From contig CAZOYV010000004.1 of assembly GCA_964584075.1 (NCBI GenBank), forward strand, positions 1,131-65,130: a stretch of DNA of 64,000 bases, written 5' to 3'. Within the stretch, counting starts at the first letter, position 1. Each line of letters starts with the position of its first letter. A model generated the notes under the pieces. The model was not told where the DNA came from, did not search any database, and worked only from the letters and a program-made list of their open reading frames with translations. Shown here in pieces: positions 1 to 9,325 of this stretch. This stretch comes from an uncultured Rickettsiales bacterium (GTDB lineage: Bacteria; Myxococcota_A; UBA796; UBA9615; CAYRNR01). Made by a program: the position numbers and the translations under genes.

Positions 1-162
1 CAGATCGCCGACCGCCGCGAGGGTCACGACCACCGGCTCCGGGAGCGGCTCGTCCGCCTGACGTGCCGCCTCGGCGGCGGCCTCGAGGTCCCCGGGGGGG
101 ACGAGCCCCCAGGCGGGGGTGGCCGCCAGGGCGAGCGCCAGCAGGAGGAGCAGGACACGCAT
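1..162 (-). CDS. 5' part of a secreted/exported protein (N-terminal signal peptide MRVLLLLLALALAATPAWG...), continues beyond window start
   Basis: ATG at complement 162. Translation MRVLLLLLALALAATPAWGLVPPGDLEAAAEAARQ... shows a classic n-h-c signal peptide. The frame stays open to base 1. Under the 60-aa cutoff, so absent from the ORF track. Confidence 0.4.
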   Translation of the reverse strand, partial: MRVLLLLLALALAATPAWGLVPPGDLEAAAEAARQADEPLPEPVVVTLAAVGDL

Positions 163-222
163 GCCGAGTCGAGATGGTAGCATTCCCCGGAGGCCCCGAC
201 TCCGGTCGAGGGGGGAGGTTCG

Positions 223-1212
223 ATGTCCGACCGCGACAAGGTCCCGCCGCCGCCGTGGGCCACCCCGGCCGAGCGCAACCCCACGCGGGAGCGAGCGCAG
301 CCACCACCGCCCGAGGCAGCGGACGGGGGCGGCGCGCGCTGGCCGTCGGTGGACGATCTGGCGCGCGACGGCGCCGGGCGACCCACGCCGCCCGCGGACG
401 CCGACCCGGAGCCGCCCCCCGCCGCCGAGGAGACCGCTCCCCCCGACCGGGGCGCCCCGGCCGGGGCTGGCGCCGCGCCGTGGGAGCAGCCCCGGGCGGC
501 CGGGCCCGATCCGGAGCCGATCCCGCTGGACACCGGCAGAGCGCCGCAGGGACCGCGCTCGCCCTACGCCGGCGCCGACGACGGCGCGCCCGCGGAGCCT
601 CCGCCGCGGGTCCCCGCGTCCGCGGGCGAGTCCGCGGACGGTGGACCTCCGCCCGGCCGTCCCGCCCCCCGGCCGGCCGGCGCCGCCCGCGGGGCCGCCT
701 CGAGCATCATCCGCACCGAGGCCACGCCGATGTGGCGCATCGTCGTCGTCCGCGTGGTGGTGCCCGTCGCGCTGATCCTGTCGTTCTTCACGCTGTACAA
801 CCACTGGACCACCAAGTCGGCGTTCAAGACCCAGGTCTCCCACGACGCGATCATGGGCTTCGACGCCAACATCCTGTCGACCATCGAGGAGATGGCAGCG
901 AGGGAGGGCTACAAGCTCGGCGACGACGGCGTCCAGGGCTGGATCCTCGGCGCCGAGCGGCGCTGGATCGTCCGGGTCCACGTCCGCAAGCGCGCCCTGG
1001 TCGTGATCCCGTACTACAGCCACTTCGTGTTCGAGGGCGACCTGCCCTACAACATGCACGTCGAGTCCCACCTCGACCACTTCGCCGAGGACACGCGCTG
1101 GTCGTTCGACGAGGCGATCATCCAGACGTTCCAGATGGTCAACCCCAGTCGCCCCAACCTGCGCGCGGAGGTCGAGGCGATGCGGTCTCGCTCGGCGCCG
1201 CCTCCACGCTGA
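223..1212 (+). CDS. hypothetical membrane-anchored protein with Pro-rich disordered N-terminus and one TM helix (MWRIVVVRVVVPVALILSFFTLY)
   Basis: ATG at 223 preceded by GGGGGAGG. The C-terminal 180 aa have a natural, globular-looking composition. The other overlapping frames are low complexity. Confidence 0.55.
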   Translation: MSDRDKVPPPPWATPAERNPTRERAQPPPPEAADGGGARWPSVDDLARDGAGRPTPPADADPEPPPAAEETAPPDRGAPAGAGAAPWEQPRAAGPDPEPIPLDTGRAPQGPRSPYAGADDGAPAEPPPRVPASAGESADGGPPPGRPAPRPAGAARGAASSIIRTEATPMWRIVVVRVVVPVALILSFFTLYNHWTTKSAFKTQVSHDAIMGFDANILSTIEEMAAREGYKLGDDGVQGWILGAERRWIVRVHVRKRALVVIPYYSHFVFEGDLPYNMHVESHLDHFAEDTRWSFDEAIIQTFQMVNPSRPNLRAEVEAMRSRSAPPPR

Positions 1213-2068
1213 GCCCCCGGGCGCGCTCGGCCCCCCGCAGGAACTCGAGCACCCGCGCCCGGTAGCGCGCGCGGTGCTGCGCCCAGGCCAGCACGTGGGG
1301 GCTGCGGGGGAACACCACGCGCTCGCAGGGGCCGCGCAGGACCTGCCGCAGCCGCGCCGTCTCCGAGGGCGGCAGCACGCGGTCGCGCTCCCCGTGGAGG
1401 ATCAGCGCCGGGACCTCCGGCATCCGCTCCGCGGCCGCGATCAGGTCCAGGCGGTAGCGCCACCCGAGGCCGTCGAGGTACAGCCGCCGCGCCGCGATCC
1501 GGCGCAGCTCGGCCGGCTCGTCGGCGAGGCGCACGTCGATCAGGCCCCGGCAGGCGGCGGCGAGGTGGACCACCGGCCCGGAGTCCAGCACCAGGGAGCA
1601 CAGCCCGGGGCACCGCGAGGCCCCGATCAGGACCACCGCGGCGCCCATCGAGAACCCGTAGCCGTGGAACGCGCGGTGCCCCCGCCGGCGCCGCAGCCAG
1701 GTGGCCGCGGCGATGACGTCCTCGGGGCGCTGGGCCAGCGCCAGCCCGAGGGTCTCGCCGCGATCGCTGTGGCCGTGGCTGCGCCCGTCGATCAGCAGCA
1801 CCGGGTGCCCGGCCTCGCGCAGCATCCGGGCCAGCGGCAGGTAGTCGTGGCGCGTGGCGCCGAAGTGGTGGTGCAGGACCACGGGCGCGCGGGGACCGGC
1901 CGGCAGGTACCAGCCGGCGATGCGCAGGCCGTCGGCGGTGGTCAGCGCCACCTCCTCGAGCGGCCCGCCGGCGCGGCGCGTCAGCTGGGCCGGCGCGGCG
2001 CGGGGGGGCACCGGCTCGGCGAGCCGCTCGAGCAGCCCCCGGGCCGCGCGCCAACGGGGGCCCACCAC
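1139..2068 (-). CDS. alpha/beta hydrolase fold protein (GxSxG nucleophile elbow GFSMG; HG oxyanion region VVLHHHFG)
   Basis: Motifs read in the translation. The start is uncertain. I placed it at GTG 2068 (GGGGAG 9 nt upstream) to avoid overlapping the divergent gene at 2206. The ORF is open up to 2257. Confidence 0.6.
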   Translation of the reverse strand: MVGPRWRAARGLLERLAEPVPPRAAPAQLTRRAGGPLEEVALTTADGLRIAGWYLPAGPRAPVVLHHHFGATRHDYLPLARMLREAGHPVLLIDGRSHGHSDRGETLGLALAQRPEDVIAAATWLRRRRGHRAFHGYGFSMGAAVVLIGASRCPGLCSLVLDSGPVVHLAAACRGLIDVRLADEPAELRRIAARRLYLDGLGWRYRLDLIAAAERMPEVPALILHGERDRVLPPSETARLRQVLRGPCERVVFPRSPHVLAWAQHRARYRARVLEFLRGAERARGLSVEAAPSETASPRPPRAGWGDWG

Positions 2069-2205
2069 GGGCAACCGCTCCCCGATCGTTCTGGACCAGC
2101 TCGCCACCGCGGCCGACACCACCAGCTCCCTCCAGGGCTGCGCATCATAGCGCGCGGCACACGACGGTGGACGCGTGCCGGCGATCGGAGTAATCCTCGG
2201 GCGGC

Positions 2206-3117
2206 ATGGCATACGTCGAGACGATCCCCGAGACCGCGGCCACGGGCGAGACCGCACGGATCTACGAGGACATGCGCGCGCGGTTCGGCATGGTCCCCGG
2301 CCTGTTCCGGCTGATGAGCGCCGATCCGACGATCCTGCGCGAGGTCTGGAAGGCCTATCCCTACGCGATGGAGTACGGCAGCCTGGGCCGGGTGGAGCGG
2401 GAGCTGCTCGGGCTCGCGGTCTCGCGCGTCCTGGCCTGCCGCTACTGCGCCGACGGCGCGACGCGGCGGCTGCTCGACATGGGGATGACCCGGCCCCAGA
2501 TCGACGACGTCTTCGCGGCCGCCGCGGCCGAGGAGCCCGAGGGCCCCGACGCGGCGCTGATCTCGCTGGCCGAGAACGCCACCCGCGACCCCTACCGCAG
2601 CCTGCGCCCGTTCGTCCTGCGGGCCCAGGAGGCGGGCTGTGACGCCCAGCAGGTCCGCGAGGCGGCCACCGTGGTGGTCTGGTTCAACCTGCTGACGCGG
2701 CTGGTGGACGGCCTCGGCGTGCCCCACGAGCTCCGCCCCCGGCGCGGGAGCATCCAGTCGCTGCGGATGGTCGCCCAGGGGGTCGCGGCCCGGCTGTGGC
2801 GCTCGGAGAGCCTGCCGGTGGTCGAGGCGGTGCAGGAGAGCGGCGCGGGGGAGACCGCCGTGGTGATCCTGCAGAAGCTGCTCGACTGGCTGGAGCCGAT
2901 GCCCCCGTCGCTGCCGGCGGCGTTCTCCGAGGGCATCCTCTCCAACCCCCGCCAGATCCGCCGCGCGCTGGTGGACCAGATGCGAGAGGGGGGGATGGAC
3001 GACCGCACGATCTTCCGCGCCGCGTTCCTCCTCGCGGGCCGCGAGGCGCTGCTGTACTGGGACGCGATCGTGCTGGAGTGCTCCGACCCGCTGAGCGGAG
3101 AGATGCCGGGGATCTGA
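2206..3117 (+). CDS. carboxymuconolactone decarboxylase / AhpD-like family protein
   Basis: The N-terminal region (TARIYEDMRARFGMVPGLFRLMSADPTILREVWKAY) is typical of the CMD/AhpD peroxidase-related family. The ORF is clean, 303 aa. Confidence 0.7.
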   Translation: MAYVETIPETAATGETARIYEDMRARFGMVPGLFRLMSADPTILREVWKAYPYAMEYGSLGRVERELLGLAVSRVLACRYCADGATRRLLDMGMTRPQIDDVFAAAAAEEPEGPDAALISLAENATRDPYRSLRPFVLRAQEAGCDAQQVREAATVVVWFNLLTRLVDGLGVPHELRPRRGSIQSLRMVAQGVAARLWRSESLPVVEAVQESGAGETAVVILQKLLDWLEPMPPSLPAAFSEGILSNPRQIRRALVDQMREGGMDDRTIFRAAFLLAGREALLYWDAIVLECSDPLSGEMPGI

Positions 3118-3196
3118 CCTTCCGCGCTTGCACCCCGCCCGCCAGAACGCGATCTTGGGAGGACCGGCGTGCCACCGCTGCCGGCCTGGAGCCGAC

Positions 3197-4222
3197 ATGA
3201 CGACCTTCGGCGAACAGTGGCAAGACCTGGGCAAGGCGGGCCTCCTCGGCGTGGGGTTCCCGTCCCGCTTCGGCGGCCAGGGCGGCGGCCCCGCCGAGGT
3301 CTGGCGCACCGCGCGGCGGGTCGGGGAGCGGGCGTTCGATCTCAGCGTCGGGCTGTCCTGGATCTCCCACCAGATCGCCGCGCGATTCCTGCTCGGGCAG
3401 TACGGGTCCGAGGACCAGAAGGCCGCCTGGCTGCCCCGGCTGGCGACCGGCGAGGCCGTCGCGGCGATCGCCGTGGACGAGGCCGAGACCGAGCCCAGCC
3501 GCTGGAACCTGCACGCGCGGTACCGGCCCACCACCGGCGGTCACTTCGTGCTCGAGGGCAAGAAGCTGTCGGTGATCAACGGGCCGGTGGCCGACCTGCT
3601 GCTGTACTTCGCCGTGGCGCGGACCGAGGGCGAGCTCGACGGACTGCAGGCGTTCCTCGTGCACCGCGACACCCCCGGGGTGACGATGGAGGAGCTCGAG
3701 GGCCGCAGCTACTGCCCCTACAGCCCCCAGTCCAACGTGATCCTGCGCGAGTGCTTCATCCCCGAGGCCAGCGCCCTGGGGACGCGGGCGCAGTGCCGCG
3801 ACATGCTCGAGCACATCGGCGAGCAGCACGACGTGCTGGTGCTGCAGGTGATCACCGGGTTCCTCGAGCGGATGGTCCAGGAGCTGCGGCCGCTGCTCCG
3901 CCGCAGCGACCGCGATCGGCTGCTGGCGCTGGGCCTGCGCGGCCGGCTGATGGCCCTCGGCGCCCTCAACCGGGCGATCGCCAAGCGCTGGGCGGATCGC
4001 GCCGAGGACCCCGCCACCTTCGCCGCGGCCCAGATGGCGGCGCGCGAGCTGATCCAGGTCACGCGCCAGGACCTGGGCGATCTGCCCGACCACCCCGCGG
4101 TGCTCGCGGCCCAGCGGGATCTGGAGCTGATCTCCCTGGCCTGGCCGCGGACCAAGGGCCGCTTCATCGCGGCGGTGCGCGCCGAGGAGACCGACGAGCA
4201 CGAGGCGCCGCCCCGCGCTTGA
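3197..4222 (+). CDS. acyl-CoA dehydrogenase-like protein (divergent, short N-terminus)
   Basis: ACAD-like segments LGKAGLLGVGFPSRFGGQG and the middle beta-domain GGHFVLEGKKLSVINGPVADLLLYFA. Start taken at the internal ATG at 3197. Confidence 0.55.
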   Translation: MTTFGEQWQDLGKAGLLGVGFPSRFGGQGGGPAEVWRTARRVGERAFDLSVGLSWISHQIAARFLLGQYGSEDQKAAWLPRLATGEAVAAIAVDEAETEPSRWNLHARYRPTTGGHFVLEGKKLSVINGPVADLLLYFAVARTEGELDGLQAFLVHRDTPGVTMEELEGRSYCPYSPQSNVILRECFIPEASALGTRAQCRDMLEHIGEQHDVLVLQVITGFLERMVQELRPLLRRSDRDRLLALGLRGRLMALGALNRAIAKRWADRAEDPATFAAAQMAARELIQVTRQDLGDLPDHPAVLAAQRDLELISLAWPRTKGRFIAAVRAEETDEHEAPPRA

Positions 4223-4316
4223 CGATCCGTGGGCCCGTGGCTACCCTCTCCCTGTTTCGAAGCGCATGGATCAGCTCCCCGCACACGGGGAGTTCTGAGG
4301 TAGAAGGCGACGCTCG

Positions 4317-4535
4317 ATGAGCAGTGCGGACCAGATCGAGCTCGAAGGCACGATCACCGAGGTGTTCCCCGGCGGGAACTTCAAGGTGGAGACCGATCAA
4401 GGCCACACCGTGTTGGCCCATCTCGGTGGCAAGATGCGGAAGTTCCGCATCCGGGTGCTGCTGGGCGATCGCGTCATCGTCGCCGTCTCGCCCTACGACC
4501 TGAGTCGGGGCCGGATCATCTATCGCCAGCGATAG
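4317..4535 (+). CDS. infA: translation initiation factor IF-1
   Basis: 72 aa with near-identity to the IF-1 consensus (GTITEVFPGGNFKVETDQGHTVLAHLGGKMRKFRIRVLLGDRVIVAVSPYDLSRGRIIYRQR). Confidence 0.95.
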   Translation: MSSADQIELEGTITEVFPGGNFKVETDQGHTVLAHLGGKMRKFRIRVLLGDRVIVAVSPYDLSRGRIIYRQR

Positions 4536-4618
4536 ATCGACGCGGTGCGAGCCCGAGGCCCCGACCCGGCCGACACCGGACAGCTGTGCGTGGAACGGTT
4601 GGCTCTGCAGGAGGCACG

Positions 4619-4933
4619 ATGCACCGGAATGCTCCCCTCGTCTTCACCAGCCCCAGGCTGTTCGTCAACAACCTGCCCTACTCGGCGACCGAGGAGGAGC
4701 TGCGCCTGATCTTCGAGGAGGACGGCTGGACCGTCGTCGACGCGCGGGTGATCTTCGATCGCGCCACCGGGCTGTCCCGGCGCTTCGGCTTCGTCGAGCT
4801 GGCCTCGATCCAGGAGGCGCGGCTGGCCCAGAAGTCGCTCGACGGGTTCGTGATCCGCGACGAGAAGCTGGACATCTACCCCGCCAAGGACGACCCCGAT
4901 CCGCGCAGCGGCTGGAAGGACCGGCGCGGCTAG
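4619..4933 (+). CDS. RNA-binding protein with RRM domain
   Basis: RNP-2-like LFVNNLPY and RNP-1-like RRFGFVEL motifs. GGAGG RBS 6 nt upstream of ATG 4619. Confidence 0.8.
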   Translation: MHRNAPLVFTSPRLFVNNLPYSATEEELRLIFEEDGWTVVDARVIFDRATGLSRRFGFVELASIQEARLAQKSLDGFVIRDEKLDIYPAKDDPDPRSGWKDRRG

Positions 4934-5469
4934 CCGGTCTCGTCGAGCCCGTCCCCGTCCCCCGACCTCGCCACCACGCACGCCCACAGCCGACCACGCC
5001 CGCCGGCGACGCCCACGCCGATCCCGAGGACGCGCTCCAGTAGCTCGTGTGCGGGGTCGCCGGAGACCACCGCGCGCCACAGCGCCGCCGCGGCGGCGTC
5101 CTCGTCCGGGCCCGCCGGCACCAGGCTGACGCGCCACTCCCGCAGCGCACCGCCCAGGGACGGGTGGAGCGAGGTGCGCCGCCCGTCCACGTCGCGGCCC
5201 TGGTCGTCGACCGCGGCCGTCTCGCCGGCGACGGACATCCAGTGCGCGTGGTGGCGAGCCAGCTCGTCGACGCGATCGTCGCGCGGCGGCGGCGGACGGC
5301 CGGCCGACGCACGGGACTCGTCGAGGCGGACCCGCAGCGCGGCCTCGACCCGCGTCGGGTCCGGCCCCAGGTGGGCGGGGCGCGCCCGGCGGGGCCCCGC
5401 TCCGTCCCGGCGCATCCGCACCAGCACCAGCGCCGTGGCCCCCGCCACCGCCGCGATCGCGAGCACCAC
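4930..5469 (-). CDS. hypothetical membrane-anchored protein (N-terminal TM VVLAIAAVAGATALVLV)
   Basis: GTG start 20 nt downstream of the MerR-like gene stop, preceded by GGGGGAGG. Likely co-transcribed with it. Confidence 0.45.
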   Translation of the reverse strand: MVLAIAAVAGATALVLVRMRRDGAGPRRARPAHLGPDPTRVEAALRVRLDESRASAGRPPPPRDDRVDELARHHAHWMSVAGETAAVDDQGRDVDGRRTSLHPSLGGALREWRVSLVPAGPDEDAAAAALWRAVVSGDPAHELLERVLGIGVGVAGGRGRLWACVVARSGDGDGLDETG

Positions 5470-5489
5470 GAGGACCTCCCCCAGCCCGG

Positions 5490-6404
5490 TCACCCGACGT
5501 CCCCCGACCGTCGCAGCAGCGCCCCCGCGTCCGCCGCGTCCGCCGCGAACTGCGCCCCGCGGCCGGTGACGGCGCGGGCGTACGGCTCGACCCCGCGGCC
5601 GACGACGATCAGCGCGCACGAGGGGGGCAGGGCGGTGAGCCAGTGGTCCAGCAGGGCCAGGAAGGCCCCCAGCTCCGGCGCCCGCTCGAAGGTCAGCAGC
5701 ACGCACGACGCCCCGCCGACGCGGACCATCTCCTGGAGCTCCTCGGGGGTGGCGTCACGGCTGGCGAGGATCCCCTGCCAGCCGGCCTCGAGGCAGCGCA
5801 GGAACACCTGTAGCGGGTCGCCCGCGGCGGTCTCGCCCGAACCGGGCGCGACCAGCGCCACCGGGGCCCCTGCCGGCAGGTCGACCCCCAGCGGTCCCGC
5901 GAACCCCCGGACCTCCGCGAGCGCCAGGGCCAGCCCCGAGCTCCGCCGCCGCTGCCGCGCCGCGCGCGCCGAGAGCCGGGCCAGCAGCGGCAGCAGCACC
6001 TCCCCGGCGACCTCCGCGGTGGGCAGCAGCACCAGGGCGCGGCGCAGCGCCCGCCGGAAGCCGAAGACGTCCAGCTCCGAGGCCAGGGTCGCCAGCTGCT
6101 CGACCACCGCGGCGTGCTGCCCCCGCGGGGCCGCGGTGGCCACCGCGTCCGACTGCTCGCGCAGCCGCTCCACCATCCGCTCGAGCTCGGCGGTGTCGTG
6201 CGCCGCGATCTCGCCGATCGACCAGCCACGGGCGGTCAGCACGCGCAGCAGGCGCAGCCGCTCGACGTCCTGCTCGGAGTACTCGCGATAGCCGCCGGGG
6301 GTGCGGCTCGGGTGCACCACGCCGTAGCGCCGCTCCCAGGCCCGCAGGACCTCGGGGCTGAGCCCCGTGACGCGCGCCACGGTCTTGATCCGGAAGCCCT
6401 TCAT
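5490..6404 (-). CDS. MerR-family transcriptional regulator with C-terminal CarH/LitR-like (cobalamin-binding-like) domain
   Basis: N-terminal MerR HTH (MKGFRIKTVARVTGLSPEVLRAWERRYGVV...YREYSEQDVERL). The C-terminus shows a Rossmann-like B12-binding-domain pattern (SxLLT-like ASCVLLTF, VIVGG-like IVVGRG). No canonical DxHxxG was seen. Confidence 0.7.
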   Translation of the reverse strand: MKGFRIKTVARVTGLSPEVLRAWERRYGVVHPSRTPGGYREYSEQDVERLRLLRVLTARGWSIGEIAAHDTAELERMVERLREQSDAVATAAPRGQHAAVVEQLATLASELDVFGFRRALRRALVLLPTAEVAGEVLLPLLARLSARAARQRRRSSGLALALAEVRGFAGPLGVDLPAGAPVALVAPGSGETAAGDPLQVFLRCLEAGWQGILASRDATPEELQEMVRVGGASCVLLTFERAPELGAFLALLDHWLTALPPSCALIVVGRGVEPYARAVTGRGAQFAADAADAGALLRRSGDVG

Positions 6405-6431
6405 CGTGGGGAGAGTCTAAAGCGAGGCTCG

Positions 6432-7604
6432 TCAGTACGCCATCCGCGCCAGCACCCCGCCGCCACGCACGGCGTAGACCAGCCGCACGTCGGGGTCGAC
6501 GGTGATGTCGGTCTGGGGGCCGCCGACGTCCACCGCCGAGGCCAGCCCCGAGGCCACGTCGACCACGACCGCGCTGCGGTCGGTCTGCAGCGCGACGAAC
6601 AGGTAGCCGGCCACCGGATCGATCGCGAGCCCGACCGGCGCGTCGGGCAGCACGATCGTCTCGTGCTCCCCACCGGCGGGGTCGAGGGCGACCACGCTGT
6701 GGGACTCCTGGCACGCGACGTACAGCCGGCCGGTGATCGGGTCCTGGACCATCTCGACGGGGCCGCTCTCGACCAGCAGCGGCTCGGGGTCGCCGCCGTC
6801 GAACGGCAGCCGGTGCACGGTGTCGAGGTGGCGCTGCAGCACGAAGATCGACCCGTCGCCCTCGTCGACCATCACCTGGCCCTCCACCGGGCCCCCGGGG
6901 AAGGTCCACGACAGGATCTCGCCGGCCGAGCCGTAGATCCGCAGCCGGCTGGTGTGCTCGTCCGGGGCGCTGAGCAGCATCGCCGTGCGCTGGTGCGCGG
7001 CGTAGGTCAGGTCCACCGGGATCTCGCCCTCGATCGGCTGGGGACAGATCAGGTTGGTCGTCTCGCCGATCCGCAGGCACTGGAAGTCGATCCCCCACGG
7101 GGTGCGATCGGCGAGCAGCACCTGGCCGGCCTCCTCGCTGGCGAACATCAGCCGCCGGGGCAGCCCGTCGGCCTCCTCGGGGCCGACCAGCCCCGGGTCG
7201 GCGCTCAGCACGTGGTCCGGCTCGCCGCCGACGTGGACCATCACCGGGACGCCGTCGTAGTCCGGCAGCCGGACCATCACCGCGCCCCCGCGCGGCAGGG
7301 GCGTCAGCCCCTCGGGGGGATCGCCGCGCTCGCCGTCGGGCCGCACGTGGGCGTACTGCACCAGGTGGGCGGCGAGGCCGTCGACCACCGCCAGCGAGTC
7401 CAGCTCGTCGCCGGCGACGTAGACCACGTGGGTGGCCGGATCGACCGCCACCATCGAGGCCCCGATCGGCTCGTGCTCGCCGTCGTTGAGCGCGATCGGG
7501 ACGACGTGGAACGCGCCGGCGTCGAGCAGCATCTCGCGGTCGCTGAGGCTGGAGCAGCCCGCCGCGGCGAGCGCCACCAGCGCGATCCACGGCCCGGGCC
7601 TCAT
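6432..7604 (-). CDS. lipoprotein with YVTN-type beta-propeller repeats
   Basis: Signal peptide plus lipobox-like LAAAGCSS. Repeated motifs such as HVVYVAG, RLYVAC and YLFVAL. The start ATG overlaps the upstream stop (ATGA). Confidence 0.65.
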   Translation of the reverse strand: MRPGPWIALVALAAAGCSSLSDREMLLDAGAFHVVPIALNDGEHEPIGASMVAVDPATHVVYVAGDELDSLAVVDGLAAHLVQYAHVRPDGERGDPPEGLTPLPRGGAVMVRLPDYDGVPVMVHVGGEPDHVLSADPGLVGPEEADGLPRRLMFASEEAGQVLLADRTPWGIDFQCLRIGETTNLICPQPIEGEIPVDLTYAAHQRTAMLLSAPDEHTSRLRIYGSAGEILSWTFPGGPVEGQVMVDEGDGSIFVLQRHLDTVHRLPFDGGDPEPLLVESGPVEMVQDPITGRLYVACQESHSVVALDPAGGEHETIVLPDAPVGLAIDPVAGYLFVALQTDRSAVVVDVASGLASAVDVGGPQTDITVDPDVRLVYAVRGGGVLARMAY

Positions 7605-9325
7605 CGCACGCTCCCGAGCAGCCGGAGCTGCGCGCCGATCAGCACGCCGAGGCGCGCCTCGGGGACGCCGTACATGTCCTCCACCGGCGGCGCGTAGAGG
7701 TCGACGAACCCGGCGGCCTGGACGCCGAACCGGCGCGGCCCCCACAGGTCGATCCCGGTGACCAGCCCCGGTGCGGGCATCAGCGCGCTCTGGGGTGCCT
7801 CGGCGACCCCGCCGTCGTCGCGGCGGACCCACACGGCCATCATCTGCAGCCGGGGCCCGATCCAGAAGCTGGCGCGGCGCACGTCGCCGCAGGCCTGGAC
7901 GCCGACCCCGACGCGCACGGCGTCCGCGCGCACCGACAGGCCCTGCGCGGCCTGATAGGCCCCCTGGCCGTGGGCGTAGCCGGCGTCGACGGTGAACCGC
8001 ACGGTCCGCGCCCGGCCGACGAAGCGGTGCCGGTAGGACACGTCCGGGCCCAGCGAGAACGCCGGGTAGTTCTGGGAGAACGGGCCGGCGACCCCGAAGC
8101 CCGCGACGCCGGCGGCGAGGCTGTCCCGCCCCTCGGCGCGGTGCTCGTCGACCAGCGCGTCGACCGACAGGCTCTGCCCCGGCGAGACGCGCACGGTGCG
8201 CTGGACCAGCATCTCCCCGTCGTCGCCGGGGGCGACGACCTCGACGTGGTGCAGCCCGGGCTCCACCGGGATCGCCCGCGGCAGCGCGCCGCGGGGCTGG
8301 CCGTCGACGCGGATGCTGCACTGGGCCAGCAGGCGGCCGTAGCTGGTCAGCAGCCCCTTCTCGGCGGCCCACAGCGAGTCGTCCCCGCCGGAGAGGTAGA
8401 TGTCCTCGCGCCCCACCTCGCGGAACAGCGCGCGCGGGACCTGGGCCCCGCCGGTGTGGGCGATGGTGTGGTCGCGGGCGTACTCGTGGGCCTCGGTCAC
8501 CGAGATCACGCCGTCGCGGTCCAGGTCGGCCTCGTCCATCCGGTCGCCGAGCGCCTGCATCAGGTAGTAGGTGAACACGCCGTGCCCCAGCTCGGGGTCC
8601 TCCAGCGCCGGCTGGTGGAACGCCGCGGCGAACAGGTGCGCCTCGGCCTCTCCGACGCGGGTCAGGATCCGCGGGTCGACCGGGGAGCGGCGGCGGGCCA
8701 GGCGCTCCAGCGTCTCGGCGTCGAGCACGCTCTTGGCCTCGCCGTTGTGGCAGCTGTCGAGGACCATCACCTTGCGGCGGCAGGGCAGCCGCTGGAGGAT
8801 CCGCTGCAGGGTGTCCACCGCGATGGCCGTCGACTGGGGGTGCCGCTGGTCCGCGTCCCGCGGGCAGACGTACAGCGTCGAACCGCCCGACGAATCGGTG
8901 GACAGCGTGCCGTGGCCCGAGAAGTACAGCAGCACCGTGTCGTTGCGCTGCAGCGGGGCGATCAGGTCGTCCAGCGCCGCGAGGATCTCGACCCGGGTGG
9001 TCTGCTCCGGCCCGGTCAGGACCACGACGTCGTCGAACCCCCCGCGCAGCGGGTCGCGCAGCAGCGCGGCGAGCTCCTCGGCGTCGTCGCCGGCGAAGCG
9101 CAGCGCGGGGAACGCGTCGTCGTCGTAGCGGTCGACCCCGACGAGCAGGGCGACCCGGCGGGGCTGGTAGGCCTCGTCGACGAGGGAGGGATCGGCCGGG
9201 GCGTCGGCCAGCCCCCGCGGCTGCACGTCGGCCCGTGCCCCCGACGGCCAGGCCGTCGCGAGCAGCAGACCCGCGCACGCGATCAGCGCGAGGCGTCCTT
9301 GACGGTGGCCTCGACCTCGACCCAA
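7601..9325 (-). CDS. secreted caspase-family (peptidase C14) protein with C-terminal extension
   Basis: Signal peptide LALIACAGLLLATAWPSGARA. Caspase catalytic dyad contexts YFSGHG (His) and VMVLDSCHNG (Cys). The start is TTG at 9325 and overlaps the anti-sigma gene end by about 43 nt. Confidence 0.7.
   Translation of the reverse strand: MGRGRGHRQGRLALIACAGLLLATAWPSGARADVQPRGLADAPADPSLVDEAYQPRRVALLVGVDRYDDDAFPALRFAGDDAEELAALLRDPLRGGFDDVVVLTGPEQTTRVEILAALDDLIAPLQRNDTVLLYFSGHGTLSTDSSGGSTLYVCPRDADQRHPQSTAIAVDTLQRILQRLPCRRKVMVLDSCHNGEAKSVLDAETLERLARRRSPVDPRILTRVGEAEAHLFAAAFHQPALEDPELGHGVFTYYLMQALGDRMDEADLDRDGVISVTEAHEYARDHTIAHTGGAQVPRALFREVGREDIYLSGGDDSLWAAEKGLLTSYGRLLAQCSIRVDGQPRGALPRAIPVEPGLHHVEVVAPGDDGEMLVQRTVRVSPGQSLSVDALVDEHRAEGRDSLAAGVAGFGVAGPFSQNYPAFSLGPDVSYRHRFVGRARTVRFTVDAGYAHGQGAYQAAQGLSVRADAVRVGVGVQACGDVRRASFWIGPRLQMMAVWVRRDDGGVAEAPQSALMPAPGLVTGIDLWGPRRFGVQAAGFVDLYAPPVEDMYGVPEARLGVLIGAQLRLLGSVR

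Noticed and set aside
2684-4201. 505-aa minus-strand ORF
   Set aside because: Antisense to the CMD and ACAD-like genes. Translation is Arg/Gly/Pro/Ala low-complexity. Typical high-GC shadow ORF.
5047-7590. 414-aa and 611-aa ORFs overlapping the MerR-like gene region
   Set aside because: Alternate or antisense frames with Arg/Ser/Pro/Gly-rich translations. The MerR frame has a clear HTH and a conventional start.
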